DNA of 64,000 nucleotides from Gammaproteobacteria bacterium (GTDB lineage Bacteria; Pseudomonadota; Gammaproteobacteria; JACCXJ01): NCBI GenBank assembly GCA_050740455.1, contig JBOIDF010000005.1, positions 607 to 64,606 of the forward strand, read 5' to 3'. Shown piece by piece: positions 63,125 to 64,000 of this stretch (position 1 is its first letter; each line of letters starts with the position of its first letter). The notes under the pieces were generated by a model. It saw only the letters and a program-made list of their open reading frames with translations, ran no database searches and was not told where the DNA came from. The position numbers and the translations under genes were made by a program.

Positions 63125-64000
63125 TTAAGATACCGCGGACAGGCTTGCCGGTTCGACCCACGGCTCCTTGAATCCACACCCCGTTCGTGGGCAGACGCGC
63201 AAGCCGCCCTCGCGCTTGGTGGTTTTCGTCATCGTGATCGCCCAATGACACTTTGGGCAGGGCTGGCTCAAGGGCTCGTTCCAGATCGCGTAACGGCAGT
63301 TCGGGTAGGTGGAACAAGAATAGAAAACCTTCCCGCGCTTAGAGCGGCGCCGCACGAGACACCCGCTACGGCACTCGGGACAGGTGACGCCGGTGTCCGC
63401 CGGTTTCTCCACCGCCTCGATATACCGGCATTTCGGATAGCTACCACAGCCGATAAATTTACCGTACCGCCCCTCGCGCAATAATAGCGGCGAACCGCAC
63501 TCGGGACAATGCCGGTCAGCGACGACCTGGGCGACCGGGGTAACTTGGCCTTGCCCGTCCACATTCCGGGTATAGTCACAGTCGGGGTACCCCGTGCAAC
63601 CGACGAAGCTGCCGCGCCGCCCTAAGCGCGTCGCCAAGGGCCTACCGCACTGAGGACACTGCTCTTCGAGTAGCTTCTGGGTGGCGTCGCGGCGGGTGAC
63701 CGTCTCGGCTTTGTTATCGACCAGCCCCTTGAATGGCGTCCAAAAATGCTCGAGCACCGGCGTCCAGTCCTTTTCGCCTCGGGACACCGCATCTAGCTCG
63801 TCTTCCAGCCGCGCGGTGAAACCGTAATCGACATAGTCGCTGAAATGCTCGGTCAGGAACCTGCTCACGATCCTGCCGACGTCAGTGGGTTTGAAGCGCT
63901 TGCTTTCCAAGGTCGCATACTCGCGCTGTTGCAGCGTCGAGATAATCGCGGCGTAGGTCGAAGGGCGGCCGATGCCGTGCTCCTCGAGCGATCGCACCAG
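63125..64000 (-). CDS. topA: DNA topoisomerase I, C-terminal zinc-ribbon region (partial; N-terminus beyond window end)
   Basis: LEEHGIGRPSTYAAIISTLQQREY... followed by repeated C-x2-C...C-x2-C zinc ribbon modules (CPQCGRP, CPECGSP, CPECRSG, CPKC). Confidence 0.85.
   Translation of the reverse strand: MVRSLEEHGIGRPSTYAAIISTLQQREYATLESKRFKPTDVGRIVSRFLTEHFSDYVDYGFTARLEDELDAVSRGEKDWTPVLEHFWTPFKGLVDNKAETVTRRDATQKLLEEQCPQCGRPLATRLGRRGSFVGCTGYPDCDYTRNVDGQGQVTPVAQVVADRHCPECGSPLLLREGRYGKFIGCGSYPKCRYIEAVEKPADTGVTCPECRSGCLVRRRSKRGKVFYSCSTYPNCRYAIWNEPLSQPCPKCHWAITMTKTTKREGGLRVCPRTGCGFKEPWVEPASLSAVS

Noticed and set aside
63036-63317. 93-aa minus ORF between topA and purE
   Set aside because: Overlaps the last ~190 nt of the topA zinc-ribbon region in another frame. 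The real topA-purE intergenic gap is only ~85 nt. No similarity to Smg or other small proteins was recognized.

Overview
High-GC (about 65% by eye) proteobacterial chromosome segment with gamma-proteobacterium-like gene order. The core backbone, mostly on the minus strand, is: ABC-2 exporter (permease partial, plus ATPase), bdhA, ndh, queD, a class IV aminotransferase, dacA-rlpA-mltB-rodA-mrdA-mreDCB, gatCAB (plus strand), opgG plus a 1827-aa NdvB-like membrane protein, and a SAM hydroxide adenosyltransferase. Then comes the complete alpha/spc/S10/str ribosomal operon block (rplQ through rpsL) with tuf and fusA, then rpoBC, rplKAJL, nusG-secE, tRNA-Trp, a second identical tuf, tRNA-Thr/Gly/Tyr, and tsaC-purE-topA (partial). 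Accessory content is concentrated in two places. (1) A decayed patch at 1.3-6.2 kb. It holds hicBA, a REPIN next to bdhA, a YefM-type antitoxin with a truncated RelE/ParE toxin, an RTX-like gene fragment, and a low-GC Type II restriction-modification system. That system has a beta-class methyltransferase convergent with a C-protein/HNH-nuclease operon and a clear C-box palindrome. The patch ends at a deleted RAYT (REP-associated transposase) remnant and a third REP copy fused in frame to the ndh ORF. (2) A mini-island between gatB and opgG. It holds a Uma2-family PD-(D/E)xK nuclease and a low-GC, frameshifted SLOG/LOG-like Rossmann protein, flanked by a 125-bp near-identical direct duplication of the Uma2 3' end. 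Other notable structures: a MITE-like element with perfect 18-bp inverted repeats between rodA and mltB, a second palindromic REP family near queD, and an opgG-adjacent GH94-type giant membrane protein with no discernible glycosyltransferase-sized domain. No CRISPR array and no rRNA were seen.
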